From: an uncultured archaeon
GTDB taxonomy: Archaea > CAYFZR01
Length of the DNA stretch: 64,000 nt
Assembly: GCA_964347835.1 (NCBI GenBank)
Contig: CAYFZR010000032.1
Coordinates: forward strand, 17,814-81,813
Reading direction: 5' to 3'
The notes under the pieces are model-generated. The model saw nothing but the letters and a program-made list of their open reading frames with translations. It had not been told where the DNA came from and did not search any database. A program made the translations under genes and the position numbers. Below are positions 40,775 to 50,947 of the stretch, piece after piece (the first letter of the stretch is position 1; the number at the start of each line of letters is the position of its first letter).

Positions 40775-42550
40775 TTGAAAATAAGACAAATTATTATATC
40801 CGTTCTAGGTCATGTAGATCATGGAAAGACCACCCTATTAGACAAAATAAGAGGTACAGCTATAGCACAGAGAGAATTTGGAGGAATAACCCAGCATATA
40901 GGCGCTACAGAAATACCAATCGACGTAATCAAAAATATATGTAAGGGTCTAATAGACGAGTCTAATTATAAAATAAAAATTCCGGGCCTGCTATTCATTG
41001 ATACCCCTGGTCACGAGGCATTTACTACTCTACGGAGGAGAGGAGGAGCTTTAGCAGATCTTGCTCTCTTGGTTGTGGATATTAATGAAAGCATTCAACC
41101 GCAAACCATTGAGTCGATAAACATTCTTAAACATTACAAAACTCCTTTTGTAGTTGCGGCAAACAAGATAGATATGGTATATGGATGGCAAAGAGAAGAA
41201 AATACCGCTTTCTTCGAAACTTTCGAAAAACAAAGTAGTTTTGTCAGAGATCAAATAGATGAAAAGTTATACACTATAGTGGGAGAATTACATGAACACG
41301 ACTTCGTTTCTGAGAGATTTGATAGAGTAAAAGATTTTACGAAGGAAGTAGCCATCGTTCCCATTAGTGCTGTTTCTGGAGAAGGTATACCAGAACTTCT
41401 CATGGTTTTAATTGGATTGGCACAGCAATACTTAACAGAAAGTCTCAAAATAGAGGTTTCTGGACCAGGAAAGGGCACAGTAATGGAGGTAAAAGAAGAA
41501 CATGGATTAGGCACTACTTTAGATGTCATACTATACGAAGGAACCATAAAGAGAGGAGATAAGATAGCTATCGGCGGATTGGACGGGGTTGTGATGACCA
41601 AAGTAAAGGCTCTCTTGAAGCCTAGACCTTTAGACGAAATTAGGGATCCAAAATTTAAATTTCAGCAATTCAATGAGGTTTATGCCGCTAGCGGAGTTAA
41701 GATCGTTGCCAAAGAACTAGAAAATGTGATTGCCGGGGCTCCTTTATCAGTGGTTGAAGAAGACTTGGAATCTGTAAAGAGCCGGATAATTTCTGAAATA
41801 GAAGGAATAAGAATAGAGAGCGAAAATCAGGGAGTCGTACTTAGAGCAGATACCCTTGGATCTCTCGAAGCCACCACAGGACAACTTAAAAAGTTGGGGG
41901 TTACTATAAGAAAAGCGGATGTCGGCGACGTCTCGAAGAGAGATGTAATAGAAGCCTATTCTGTAAATCTTAACGATCCCTACCTCGGAGTTATAATTGC
42001 CTTTAATGTAAAAATATTACCTGACGCGTTAGAAGAGGCTGAAAGAAGCGGTGTAAAAATATTTCAGGATAACGTGATTTATAGGCTTGTAGAAGACTAT
42101 GAAAAATGGGTCGAAGAAACCAAAGAAGAAGCTAGAAGAAGAGAACTAAAAGCCTTAACACACCCTGGAAAAATTCAAATTCTTCCAAATCATACATTTA
42201 GGGTTAGTAAACCAGCCATTGTAGGTATAGAAGTTGTTTCAGGATCTATTCGTCCAAAATATAAACTTATGCGCTCTAACGGTTCGATAGTTGGAGAAAT
42301 AAAGAGTATTCAAGAAGAGAAGGAGAGCATCAGTACGGCAAAGAAGGGGGATAGGGTAGCCATTGCCATAGAAGGAGCCATAGTAGGGAGACATATAAAC
42401 GAGGGAGATTTGCTCTACGTATTTATACCTGCTGATCATTTATCTCAATTGGGAAAATTCGTTGACGAATTCAGCAACGAGGAATTGAGTACCTTTCAAG
42501 AAATAAAAAGTATAATCGAAAAAAAGAAGAAGGGTGAATCATATGGCTAA
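40775..42550 (+). CDS. infB: Translation initiation factor aIF5B (IF-2)
   Basis: GHVDHGKTTLLD P-loop, DTPGHEAF; track gives TTG at 40754 overlapping ndk; TTG 40775 after GAGGTG is the likelier start. Confidence 0.9.
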   Translation: MKIRQIIISVLGHVDHGKTTLLDKIRGTAIAQREFGGITQHIGATEIPIDVIKNICKGLIDESNYKIKIPGLLFIDTPGHEAFTTLRRRGGALADLALLVVDINESIQPQTIESINILKHYKTPFVVAANKIDMVYGWQREENTAFFETFEKQSSFVRDQIDEKLYTIVGELHEHDFVSERFDRVKDFTKEVAIVPISAVSGEGIPELLMVLIGLAQQYLTESLKIEVSGPGKGTVMEVKEEHGLGTTLDVILYEGTIKRGDKIAIGGLDGVVMTKVKALLKPRPLDEIRDPKFKFQQFNEVYAASGVKIVAKELENVIAGAPLSVVEEDLESVKSRIISEIEGIRIESENQGVVLRADTLGSLEATTGQLKKLGVTIRKADVGDVSKRDVIEAYSVNLNDPYLGVIIAFNVKILPDALEEAERSGVKIFQDNVIYRLVEDYEKWVEETKEEARRRELKALTHPGKIQILPNHTFRVSKPAIVGIEVVSGSIRPKYKLMRSNGSIVGEIKSIQEEKESISTAKKGDRVAIAIEGAIVGRHINEGDLLYVFIPADHLSQLGKFVDEFSNEELSTFQEIKSIIEKKKKGESYG

Positions 42551-42932
42551 GATGATTATATCCAATCCTGAAGCGCAAAGGAGTTACGAATATAGCGTAA
42601 CGGATAAGATGGACGTATTGGTAGGAGCAAAAATCGGAGATACAATAGATGGATCTACTCTTGGACTCAAAGGATACAAAATAAAGATTACTGGTGGAAG
42701 CGATAAAGATGGCTTTCCCATGAGGCGGGATATTTCAGGAACGGGTAAAAAAAGAGTTTTAATTACCAAAGGACCAGGATTCAATCCGAAGAGGAAGGGA
42801 ATTAGGAAGAGAAAAACCGTGAGAGGTAATACCATATCAGATGCCATTATTCAGATAAACGCCAGGGTAGTAGAGCAAGGAAAAAAGCCCTTAGAGGAAT
42901 TGATAGGCGGTGATAAAGATAGGAAAGAGTAA
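42534..42932 (+). CDS. rps6e: 30S ribosomal protein S6e
   Basis: 132-aa ORF with eS6-typical sequence; conserved position between infB and the aIF2-gamma gene. Confidence 0.85.
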   Translation: MNHMAKMIISNPEAQRSYEYSVTDKMDVLVGAKIGDTIDGSTLGLKGYKIKITGGSDKDGFPMRRDISGTGKKRVLITKGPGFNPKRKGIRKRKTVRGNTISDAIIQINARVVEQGKKPLEELIGGDKDRKE

Positions 42933-44145
42933 ACAACCTGAAATCAACATTGGAATGGTAGGACACATCGATCACGGTAAAACTACCTTAACAGAGGCTT
43001 TGTCTGGTATATGGACAGATACTCACAGTGAAGAGATAAAAAGAGGCATTACGATCCGTTTGGGATACGCTGATGCCACATTCTACAAGTGTCCTAATTG
43101 CGATGAGCCTCAATGTTATACGACGGAAAAAAAGTGTCCTATTGATGGGTCAAAGACGGAGTTTCTGAGGATGGTATCTTTTGTAGATGCTCCAGGACAC
43201 GAAACCCTCATGGCAACCATGTTGTCTGGAGCCGCCTTGATGGATGGTGCTATACTCGTCATAGCGGCGAATGAGCCATGTCCTCAACCACAAACAAAAG
43301 AACATTTGGTGGCACTAAATATTATAGGGGTTAAAAATACAGTGGTTGTCCAAAACAAGATTGACCTTGTTCCCGAAGAGCAAGCGTTAGAAAATTATAG
43401 AGAGATTAAAAGTTTCGTATCTCAAAATTTAGGAGAAGACGTTCCTATTATTCCTGTTGCTGCTCAACACCACGCAAATATAGACATATTGATTAAGAGC
43501 ATCGAAGAATATCTGCCTTCTCCTAAGAGAGACGAGAAAAAACCATGGAAGATGCATATAGCGAGATCTTTTGACGTAAATAAGCCTGGAACCAGACCAG
43601 AAAATCTCTTAGGTGGCGTGATTGGAGGCTCCCTTTCGCAAGGTAAAGTAGGAATTGGTGATGAGATTGAAATAAGACCAGGAGAAAGGAAAAAGGGGGA
43701 CGAGGGTTATGGGTCTATCTTCACCGATATAGAATCCATAATGTGCGGCGGTCGAAAAATTAAGGTTGCATCTCCTGGAGGATTGCTCGGGATAGCAACG
43801 GGATTGGATTCTACCTTAACGAAGGCAGATGGACTAGCAGGAAAGGTAGCGGGAAAACCAGATACACTCCCACCAGTATTAAACGGAATAACCCTGGAAA
43901 CATATCTTCTGGAAAGAGTTGTGGGTACAAAGGAAGAAAGAGAAGTCGTGCCTATTAAGAAAGGAGAACTTTTAATGTTAAATTTGGGCACCTCTACCAC
44001 ATTAGGTACAGTCACTTCTGTAAAAGGCAGTTTGATAGAATTACTGCTAAGATTACCAATTTGTGGACAAATAAACGACAGAGTAGCGATTAGTAGAAAA
44101 ATAGGCGAAAGGTGGAGATTAATTGGACACGGAGTCTTATGTTAA
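42910..44145 (+). CDS. eif2g: Translation initiation factor 2 subunit gamma (aIF2-gamma)
   Basis: GHIDHGKTTL, zinc ribbon CPNCDEPQC...KKCP, GTPase motifs; GTG start. Confidence 0.9.
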   Translation: MIKIGKSKQPEINIGMVGHIDHGKTTLTEALSGIWTDTHSEEIKRGITIRLGYADATFYKCPNCDEPQCYTTEKKCPIDGSKTEFLRMVSFVDAPGHETLMATMLSGAALMDGAILVIAANEPCPQPQTKEHLVALNIIGVKNTVVVQNKIDLVPEEQALENYREIKSFVSQNLGEDVPIIPVAAQHHANIDILIKSIEEYLPSPKRDEKKPWKMHIARSFDVNKPGTRPENLLGGVIGGSLSQGKVGIGDEIEIRPGERKKGDEGYGSIFTDIESIMCGGRKIKVASPGGLLGIATGLDSTLTKADGLAGKVAGKPDTLPPVLNGITLETYLLERVVGTKEEREVVPIKKGELLMLNLGTSTTLGTVTSVKGSLIELLLRLPICGQINDRVAISRKIGERWRLIGHGVLC

Positions 44146-44509
44146 GGTTATATTGGATACAAATTTCCTAATGCTCCCGGGAAGACTCGGCATTGACGTA
44201 TTTAGAGAGATAGACAGGGCATTATGCCTAAAACATAAACTTTTTGTATTATCTACTACAAAGGACGAACTAAAAAATATAGTTGAGAATGCAAAAGGAT
44301 CTGAAAAAAAAGCAGCCAAAATTGGTCTTGAGTTACTGGAACGTTGCGAAGTTTTACCTGCTGATAGAAAGCCAGATATCGCTATTTTCGATTTCATAAA
44401 CGAAAATACTGTTGTAGCAACAACTGATAAGGAATTTAGAAAAAAACTAAAGAAAAAGGGAGTAAAGACTTTATATTTGGCACAAAGTGCTTTTATAAAG
44501 ACGGATTAG
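44123..44509 (+). CDS. PIN-domain protein (COG1412 type, conserved neighbour of aIF2-gamma)
   Basis: VKVILDTNFLMLP N-terminal PIN motif. Confidence 0.7.
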   Translation: MDTESYVKVILDTNFLMLPGRLGIDVFREIDRALCLKHKLFVLSTTKDELKNIVENAKGSEKKAAKIGLELLERCEVLPADRKPDIAIFDFINENTVVATTDKEFRKKLKKKGVKTLYLAQSAFIKTD

Positions 44510-44524
44510 GTGACTTGAGGTGTA

Positions 44525-45082
44525 TTGATGTATAGAATTGTTACCATTAGAGATATCGTGGCTGTTCCACCGGAACGATTTGGAGAAGATTTGAGCGGTG
44601 TGATAAAAGATATTCTTAGAGATACCTACGAGGGTATATTAGACAAAGAATTGGGAGTAATTATATTGATATCAAATGTGAAGGATATTGGTATCGGTAA
44701 GATTGCGCCTGGTGAAGGATCAGTATACCACGAAGTAACCTTCGATGCGCTGACCTTTAAACCAGATATGCAAGAGATTTTGGATGGAGAAGTGGTAGAA
44801 ATAGTTGATTTTGGAGCTTTTGTGAGATTAGGGCCTTTAGATGGACTTATCCACATCTCTCAAGTAATGGAGGATTATATTGTACATGATATTAAAGGAG
44901 GCGCATTAGTAGGAAAAGAAACACACAAAACATTGAAAGAGGGCGATAAAGTTAGAGCAAGGGTTGTAGCAGTTAGTTTAAACCCGAGAGAGTTGAGAGA
45001 GAGCAAAATAGGTTTGACAATGAGGCAAAAAGGGCTAGGTAAGATTGAGTGGATAAAATCTGAGAAGGAGGAGAAGAAGTGA
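44525..45082 (+). CDS. rpoE: DNA-directed RNA polymerase subunit E' (Rpb7 homolog, S1 domain)
   Basis: 185-aa ORF beginning MMYRIVTIRDIVAVPPERFGEDL (Rpb7-like N-domain plus S1 fold); conserved position after the PIN-domain gene. Confidence 0.8.
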   Translation: MMYRIVTIRDIVAVPPERFGEDLSGVIKDILRDTYEGILDKELGVIILISNVKDIGIGKIAPGEGSVYHEVTFDALTFKPDMQEILDGEVVEIVDFGAFVRLGPLDGLIHISQVMEDYIVHDIKGGALVGKETHKTLKEGDKVRARVVAVSLNPRELRESKIGLTMRQKGLGKIEWIKSEKEEKK

Positions 45083-45270
45083 CCAAGGAAAAAGTATGTC
45101 GAGAGTGTCATATAATTCTAAAAAAGGAAGTTTTATGTCCTGTATGTAAGAAGAGAAATTTATCTTCGGAATGGGGAGGTATGGCTATCATCATCGATCC
45201 GAAAAATTCAAAAATAGCCGAGATAATGAATGTGAAGTTGGCAGGTAAATATGCCCTCAGAGTTAGGTAA
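45079..45270 (+). CDS. spt4: Transcription elongation factor Spt4 (RNAP subunit E'')
   Basis: CRECHIIL...CPVCK zinc ribbon, 63 aa. Confidence 0.7.
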   Translation: MTKEKVCRECHIILKKEVLCPVCKKRNLSSEWGGMAIIIDPKNSKIAEIMNVKLAGKYALRVR

Positions 45271-45805
45271 ATATACTCTTAAAATGCCTGGTAGACTGGC
45301 TGATCAAAAATGTAAAGAACCTTGGGGTACCATATATAAAGGGAAAGGTTTGAAACCAGCGAAACAGGTAAAAGACTTCATAAAAAAGAAAAACTACTCA
45401 AAGGTTATAGCTGTTGGTGACGTAACTGTGAGAAATCTCCTAAAGGTTGGTTTGATTCCAGACGTATCAATTATAGATGGAAAGGTAGAAAGAGATATAA
45501 CAGAAGCTCCTGAATTCGAGGCTTTAAGTGAAGAATGCATTAATCCGGCAGGACACATAACAAAAGATCTTTGGCGCGCTATAAAACGTGCCCTAAAAAA
45601 AGATAAACCCGTGAGATTGTTTGTTGTAGGGGAGGAAGATCTCGCAGTAGTTCCAGTTGCAATATTAGCCGAAGATGCCTGTATTTGTTATGGACAGCCA
45701 AAAGAAGGTTTGGTGTTGGTTGAGGTTACAGAAGAGAAAAAGAAACTTGCTAGAGAACTCATAGACAAAATGGAGGTAGTTGAAAATGGAAATCAAGATA
45801 ATTGA
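45251..45805 (+). CDS. GTP-dependent dephospho-CoA kinase (DUF359/COG1909)
   Basis: KVIAVGDVTVRNLLKVGLIPDVSIIDGKVER; conserved position after spt4. Confidence 0.65.
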   Translation: MPSELGKYTLKMPGRLADQKCKEPWGTIYKGKGLKPAKQVKDFIKKKNYSKVIAVGDVTVRNLLKVGLIPDVSIIDGKVERDITEAPEFEALSEECINPAGHITKDLWRAIKRALKKDKPVRLFVVGEEDLAVVPVAILAEDACICYGQPKEGLVLVEVTEEKKKLARELIDKMEVVENGNQDN

Positions 45806-46088
45806 GGAGAAAGACAATCCGTTGCTAAAGAGAAAAGAAGTCAGGTTTAGGATACTACATGAGGGGGAGGCAACTCCTAAGAGAGAAGAAGTCGTGGATA
45901 AATTGTCCTCTCTTATAAAAGCGGATAAGGAATTGCTTATTATTGATTCATTAAATAGTCAATTCGGAAAGCCTGAGACTGAGGGATATGCAAAAGCCTA
46001 TGATACTCTACAGAGAATGGAATTTGTTGAAGCGAAACATAAGATAAGGAAGAATATCGTAGAGAAAGAGGAGGAGAAAAAAGAATGA
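45780..46088 (+). CDS. rps24e: 30S ribosomal protein S24e
   Basis: [36 protein letters not shown]. Confidence 0.8.
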   Translation: MKMEIKIIEEKDNPLLKRKEVRFRILHEGEATPKREEVVDKLSSLIKADKELLIIDSLNSQFGKPETEGYAKAYDTLQRMEFVEAKHKIRKNIVEKEEEKKE

Positions 46089-46231
46089 AATGGAAACAGT
46101 ATGCAATAAAAAACGGAAAGATCGATTATAAGAGCAAATTTTGTCCAAGATGCGGACCCGGAGTATTCATGGCAGTCCATCAAAACAGAGTATCCTGTGG
46201 TCGGTGCGGATATACGGAGTGGAGCAAGTGA
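46085..46231 (+). CDS. rps27ae: 30S ribosomal protein S27ae (48 aa; not in ORF track)
   Basis: Own translation [48 protein letters not shown]; C4 zinc ribbon; ATGA overlap with rps24e. Confidence 0.75.
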   Translation: MKWKQYAIKNGKIDYKSKFCPRCGPGVFMAVHQNRVSCGRCGYTEWSK

Positions 46232-46258
46232 GAAATTTACGAGTTATGAGATAAAAAC

Positions 46259-46984
46259 ATGCAGAATTCAGAAGAATTGTCTTTAGGAATGGAGGAACTT
46301 TTTAAAGAAACTTTTAGCGTTTTCAAGGATAATTTGAAAATCTTCATACCTATCTCATCGATTATTGTGATAATTTTAGTTGTGAGTACGCTCATCTTTG
46401 GTATACTATTTGCTGCAATCGCAGTTTTATCGATATTGTATGAAGGAAATGTCACTATATTCATTGTTTTGATTTCCCTGTCTTTGATCATAATCTTCCT
46501 CTCAACCTATTCATGGGTCTACGCAAGTCTTGTATCTGCAATTAAAAATTTGGAAGGAGAAGAAGTCATTGCTAAATCTCTAAAAGAGGGTTTTTCTCTA
46601 ATTTTACTTTTTTCAATATTGTTCGTATTTTATGGCATATTGGTATCGATTGGTTTTGCCTTTCTGATTCTCCCTGGTGTCTTTTTTTATACATGGTATT
46701 TTTTCTTTCCTTATTTCTTGGTATTTGAGGAATTGGAAGAAGATAATTTTTTAACAAGCATTTTTAATCCTCTTTCAAGAAGCAAAAGACTAGTAGGAGG
46801 ATACTTCATGCCTGTTTTTGCCAGATTATTCGTATTTTGGTTGGTTTCTCTCGTTGTTGGGATCTTGTTTTCTATCATTCCTCTGGGCATTCTATTGTTT
46901 TACATGGTTTATCTTCCGTTTAAAACCATATTTGGATATCTTTTGTATAAAGATCTTAAGAGGATTGGTAATTCTGTGCGTTAA
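46259..46984 (+). CDS. polytopic membrane protein, hypothetical
   Basis: About 6 hydrophobic helices; no recognisable motif. Confidence 0.4.
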   Translation: MQNSEELSLGMEELFKETFSVFKDNLKIFIPISSIIVIILVVSTLIFGILFAAIAVLSILYEGNVTIFIVLISLSLIIIFLSTYSWVYASLVSAIKNLEGEEVIAKSLKEGFSLILLFSILFVFYGILVSIGFAFLILPGVFFYTWYFFFPYFLVFEELEEDNFLTSIFNPLSRSKRLVGGYFMPVFARLFVFWLVSLVVGILFSIIPLGILLFYMVYLPFKTIFGYLLYKDLKRIGNSVR

Positions 46985-47004
46985 AAATCTCTAATCTTCA
47001 AAAA

Positions 47005-47424
47005 CTATATTACCCAAATTCTTCTTTCTAAATGACCTTTCATTCTCGCTAAGTCTTTGTCAAAGAAGGTTTCATCATCTTTTATCTCTTCGTAACTTCC
47101 CCAGAAATGAGATACGGGTTCCGAGGGTTTAAAAGCATAGACTCTTAAATTCGAATCAGTATCTTGGAAGGTCAATTTTTCCAAGACATATATTTTTTCG
47201 TTTAGAAAGTAGATTTCGAATGAATAATATTTAACATAATTTTCATGAATTAAACCTTCTTTATTAAAATGATTAAAGCAAAGCCATCCGATATGCGGTA
47301 TATAAACCCCATCATTTTTGTAGTCTTCTATCTTCCATAGAAAACCCATTTCTTTGCGATGTGTAGTGAAAAGCATTTCACCACATTTTATACACCTGCA
47401 AATTCTCTCTTCCATTTCAACCAC
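47005..47424 (-). CDS. hypothetical protein with N-terminal CxC..C Cys cluster
   Basis: Track ORF only. Confidence 0.3.
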   Translation of the reverse strand: MVEMEERICRCIKCGEMLFTTHRKEMGFLWKIEDYKNDGVYIPHIGWLCFNHFNKEGLIHENYVKYYSFEIYFLNEKIYVLEKLTFQDTDSNLRVYAFKPSEPVSHFWGSYEEIKDDETFFDKDLARMKGHLERRIWVI

Positions 47425-47754
47425 CTTATAAACTCTTACGAATCTTTGGTGGAACGAAGACTATCTCTTCCCTTCCCAAAATGCCATGGTAGATACAAAC
47501 TTTGGATGTTTGTAGGGTTCTCAATTCAGATTTACAAAATTTACAGATCTCCACTGCCTTCCCTAATATATTACTTATTTATTAATTTAAAATCTTTTCT
47601 ATAACACATTTATAATTGCAAATAAATTTGCTATAAGTTTCAAATGATAAGATATCTCGCGAATGATTTTTTTTCTCTCTTTTATTACTGTGTTAAAGAG
47701 AATAATTACACAGGTGCATCCCAAATAAATTCCACAAAGCTTATTTAATTTACA

Positions 47755-48309
47755 TTGAGTGGAAAAAACATGAAAAAAATAAACTATTGTACACGTTGTC
47801 CTCTACACAAAGGGAGAACGAACATAGTGATAGGGGAAGGAGACGAAAAGACCGAAATAATGTTCATTGGAGAGGCTCCTGGGTTACAAGAGGACAAAAT
47901 GGGTAGGCCTTTTGTGGGAAGAGCAGGAAAGATTCTAACTGAACTGATAGAGAGCATCGGCCTTAAAAGAGAAGATGTATATATAACAAACGTAGTAAAA
48001 TGTCGACCCCCGAATAACAGAGACCCTACCGAAAAAGAGATAATTACATGCATGGATTATCTTCTCGAGCAGATTAAAACGATAAAGCCCAAGATTATCG
48101 TTGCATTAGGAAGAATATCAGCAGGCGCCCTTTTGGAAAAATCTATATCTCTATGGAAAGAACATGGGTCTTTTATAGATTATCCTCGCGCAAACTGCAA
48201 GTTATTCGTAACTTATCATCCAGCCGCTGCGATTTACAGCGGAGAAGTTAGATCTAAATTACAGGAGGACTTTAAAAAATTAAAGAATATTATAAATGGT
48301 ATAATTTAA
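47755..48309 (+). CDS. udg: Uracil-DNA glycosylase, family 4 (Fe-S type)
   Basis: N-terminal CTRCPLH Cys pair, GEAPG motif, C-terminal HPAAAIY. Confidence 0.8.
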   Translation: MSGKNMKKINYCTRCPLHKGRTNIVIGEGDEKTEIMFIGEAPGLQEDKMGRPFVGRAGKILTELIESIGLKREDVYITNVVKCRPPNNRDPTEKEIITCMDYLLEQIKTIKPKIIVALGRISAGALLEKSISLWKEHGSFIDYPRANCKLFVTYHPAAAIYSGEVRSKLQEDFKKLKNIINGII

Positions 48310-48375
48310 ATGATTGCGATTTTTAAATCGGTAAAAGTCCAATTTTTTCTGGATTAAATCGGAGATTCAAAAAAA

Positions 48376-49143
48376 ATGACGTCGAAGAAAGACCTTGCAA
48401 AAAAACAATTTGGAAAACGCGTAACTGGATATACAAGGGGAATATTCTCGGACGAAGAGCATCTGAAAGAAATTTCTACATTGAGTGGGTTAAGGAAAGA
48501 AGATAATGTACTCGATGTTGCTACTGGAGCAGGATTCTTAGCCTTTGAATACTCTAAAATAGCCAAAAGAGTTGTTGCAACCGATATCACTCCTGAAATG
48601 CTTGAGAAAGCTAAGAACCTTAAAAATGATAGAAAATTTAAAAATGTTTCGTTTATAACCGCAGACGTTGAAGATCTGCCTTTTGAGAATAAAATTTTCG
48701 ATTTAGTTTCATGTAGATTTTCTTTTCATCATTTTCCAGATCCGCGGAAGGCATTGGAAGAGATGAAACGCGTTTGCAAGAAAGATGGTAAGATAGTTTT
48801 AATCGACGGCATTTCTTCCGAAGATGATGCTAAGAGCGATTACCTAAACAAAATGGAAAGAATACGAGACAAGTCTCATGTTTGCCTTTATAAACTATCT
48901 GAGTTACAAAATCTATTCGATGAAGTAGATTTGGAAGTTATAATTGAAAAACACTGGGATTTAGATCAATATTTTGATGAATGGATCGAAAGGGCAGATC
49001 CAGATTACAAAGATGCCAAGAAAATCGAAGAGATGATGAAGAGTTGTTTAAAAGAAGATCATACTGGATTAAATGTTCGCTTAGAAGATGGAAGGATTAA
49101 GTTTACTTACGATACAGTTATAGTGATTGCTAAACGATTATAA
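48376..49143 (+). CDS. Class I SAM-dependent methyltransferase
   Basis: Motif I VLDVATGAGF, motif post-I VATDIT. Confidence 0.75.
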   Translation: MTSKKDLAKKQFGKRVTGYTRGIFSDEEHLKEISTLSGLRKEDNVLDVATGAGFLAFEYSKIAKRVVATDITPEMLEKAKNLKNDRKFKNVSFITADVEDLPFENKIFDLVSCRFSFHHFPDPRKALEEMKRVCKKDGKIVLIDGISSEDDAKSDYLNKMERIRDKSHVCLYKLSELQNLFDEVDLEVIIEKHWDLDQYFDEWIERADPDYKDAKKIEEMMKSCLKEDHTGLNVRLEDGRIKFTYDTVIVIAKRL

Positions 49144-49243
49144 AATTAAAAAATTTTGATGTTTAGACCCGAATATCTTTCAATTGAGATAGAGATTATT
49201 GTCCAGATAAAGATGTTACGGATTATTGGAAGAGGTTTAAACT

Positions 49244-49624
49244 ATGAATGAAAACCTGATTTACGTAATCGCTATTCTAGTTATTCTAGTATTGGTCCTA
49301 ATAGGTTTAGCGATATTGAGAGGGGATTGGTTTAAGATACGATTTATTAGGAGTATTGGAGAGTCTTTTGCTGAGGACGACAAGAATAAACTAATTGCCA
49401 GCATCGTTATAGACGTAATCGGCCTCTTCACATACGCATTTCTCGGAGTTCTCGAGGTGACTGATATCTTCTGGGCGTTCATCTCTAGAGAATTGATGAT
49501 TGGGATGTATGGAAAAACCCGGCTCAGTAATTTCAATTTCCTCGAGGAAATATTACCATTCACAGATTTTATACCTACGGCGACAATAGGCTACTTTCTC
49601 TCGAAAAAAGAGAAAAAAGAATAG
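49244..49624 (+). CDS. small membrane protein, hypothetical
   Basis: Two or three hydrophobic helices. Confidence 0.3.
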   Translation: MNENLIYVIAILVILVLVLIGLAILRGDWFKIRFIRSIGESFAEDDKNKLIASIVIDVIGLFTYAFLGVLEVTDIFWAFISRELMIGMYGKTRLSNFNFLEEILPFTDFIPTATIGYFLSKKEKKE

Positions 49625-49685
49625 ATAAAAAGTATTGGAAAGTCATCTCTCCATTATAAATTAGATAAATGGAATATACTTATTT

Positions 49686-50087
49686 TCATTCTCCTATAAC
49701 AGTAACATCTATCCTCCTTGATCTTCCATGAGTATCTGCTTCTACAAAGAATAAACTTTGCCAAGTACCTATAACCATTCTTCCTTCTCTTACAGGAAGA
49801 GTTTTGTCCGGAGCTAAAAGCATAGATCTTAAATGAGAATGTGCATTTCCAGAATGCTTCCATCCTCCCGCAGGGGCCACAATATCTAAAAATTTCTTTA
49901 CATCGTCTTTCAATCTTGATTCCAACTCAGTTAGAGCGAATACAGCCGTAGCATGGGGGGAGAACACGTGAACAATTCCATCCCTTATTTTGGATTCTAA
50001 AACGATCTCATTGACTTTAGAGGTCAGATCAACTATATCTCCGGGTCCCTTTGTGTTTATGCTGAAAGTTTTAGTTTGAACCGTCAT
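49686..50087 (-). CDS. yjbQ: YjbQ/UPF0047 family protein (secondary thiamine-phosphate synthase-like)
   Basis: 133-aa ORF; GIVHVFSPHATAVFALTE and MLLAPDKTLPVREGRMVIGTWQSLFFVE match the UPF0047/YjbQ family pattern. Confidence 0.7.
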   Translation of the reverse strand: MTVQTKTFSINTKGPGDIVDLTSKVNEIVLESKIRDGIVHVFSPHATAVFALTELESRLKDDVKKFLDIVAPAGGWKHSGNAHSHLRSMLLAPDKTLPVREGRMVIGTWQSLFFVEADTHGRSRRIDVTVIGE

Positions 50088-50169
50088 TTTTTCACCTCGT
50101 ATTTTTGATAGAGAATCATATTAAGTTATATAAAATCATCCTCGAATATGGTTTAGAAGATGAGTAAAA

Positions 50170-50394
50170 ATGGAAACTTATCTTGATGTGTGTATTACAA
50201 AATGTCCATCGTGCAAAGCTGTATACGCTGATGCGAGCTGGTACGCTATAAATTTATCTGCCGATTTAGAGTGTGGTAAGTGTAGAACAAGTTTTAATGC
50301 AAAGGAAAACTGTATCGACAGAGTTATGGTAAAATTTACGTTAGACGAGAATGGAAAAGTGGAATCTGCCCATATATCTAAGCTTGAAGAATAA
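50170..50394 (+). CDS. small zinc-ribbon-like protein, hypothetical
   Basis: CPSC...CGKC pairs. Confidence 0.3.
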   Translation: METYLDVCITKCPSCKAVYADASWYAINLSADLECGKCRTSFNAKENCIDRVMVKFTLDENGKVESAHISKLEE

Positions 50395-50431
50395 ACGAAA
50401 TTCAATTTCAATCGAATAAAAAGGTTTTGAA

Positions 50432-50947
50432 ATGATAAGGCTGTTAATTACTTGCAGAGATATTTACGGAGAGTACGAAACCATAAAATCCCTGAAAAGA
50501 GTAGTTGAAGGAATAAAAGTGAAGCGTACTGGTTTCAGAGCAGTGCTTATCGCAGAAGTTGAAGAAGGAGATCCCATAAAAATTGCTGAAAAGGTAAATC
50601 GTGAGTGTTCTCCCGATATAGGAAAGGTTGTTCTGATCTTAGAAGACGTAGAAAGTAATTTTGAAAATGTAAAAGAGGCCGCTGTTAAAGTGGGGTTAAG
50701 TCAGATAAGCGAAGGAGAAAGTTTTTGCTTCAGAATTTACAAGAGAGGCTCTCATTACTTAGATAAACCTACTCCAGAACTAGAGTATGAGATTGGCGGC
50801 ACCATATACGAGGAATTGGAGGAGAAATTTAAAAAGAAGCCCGTGGTTGACTTGAAAGATTCTGATATCACCATAGTCGCGGAAGTATTAGGCAAGAGAG
50901 CAGAGGTAGGCATCATAAGAAAAAAGTGGTCAGAAGAGACGAACTAA
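50432..50947 (+). CDS. THUMP-domain protein (putative RNA-binding)
   Basis: ferredoxin-like plus THUMP-like segment; weak. Confidence 0.4.
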   Translation: MIRLLITCRDIYGEYETIKSLKRVVEGIKVKRTGFRAVLIAEVEEGDPIKIAEKVNRECSPDIGKVVLILEDVESNFENVKEAAVKVGLSQISEGESFCFRIYKRGSHYLDKPTPELEYEIGGTIYEELEEKFKKKPVVDLKDSDITIVAEVLGKRAEVGIIRKKWSEETN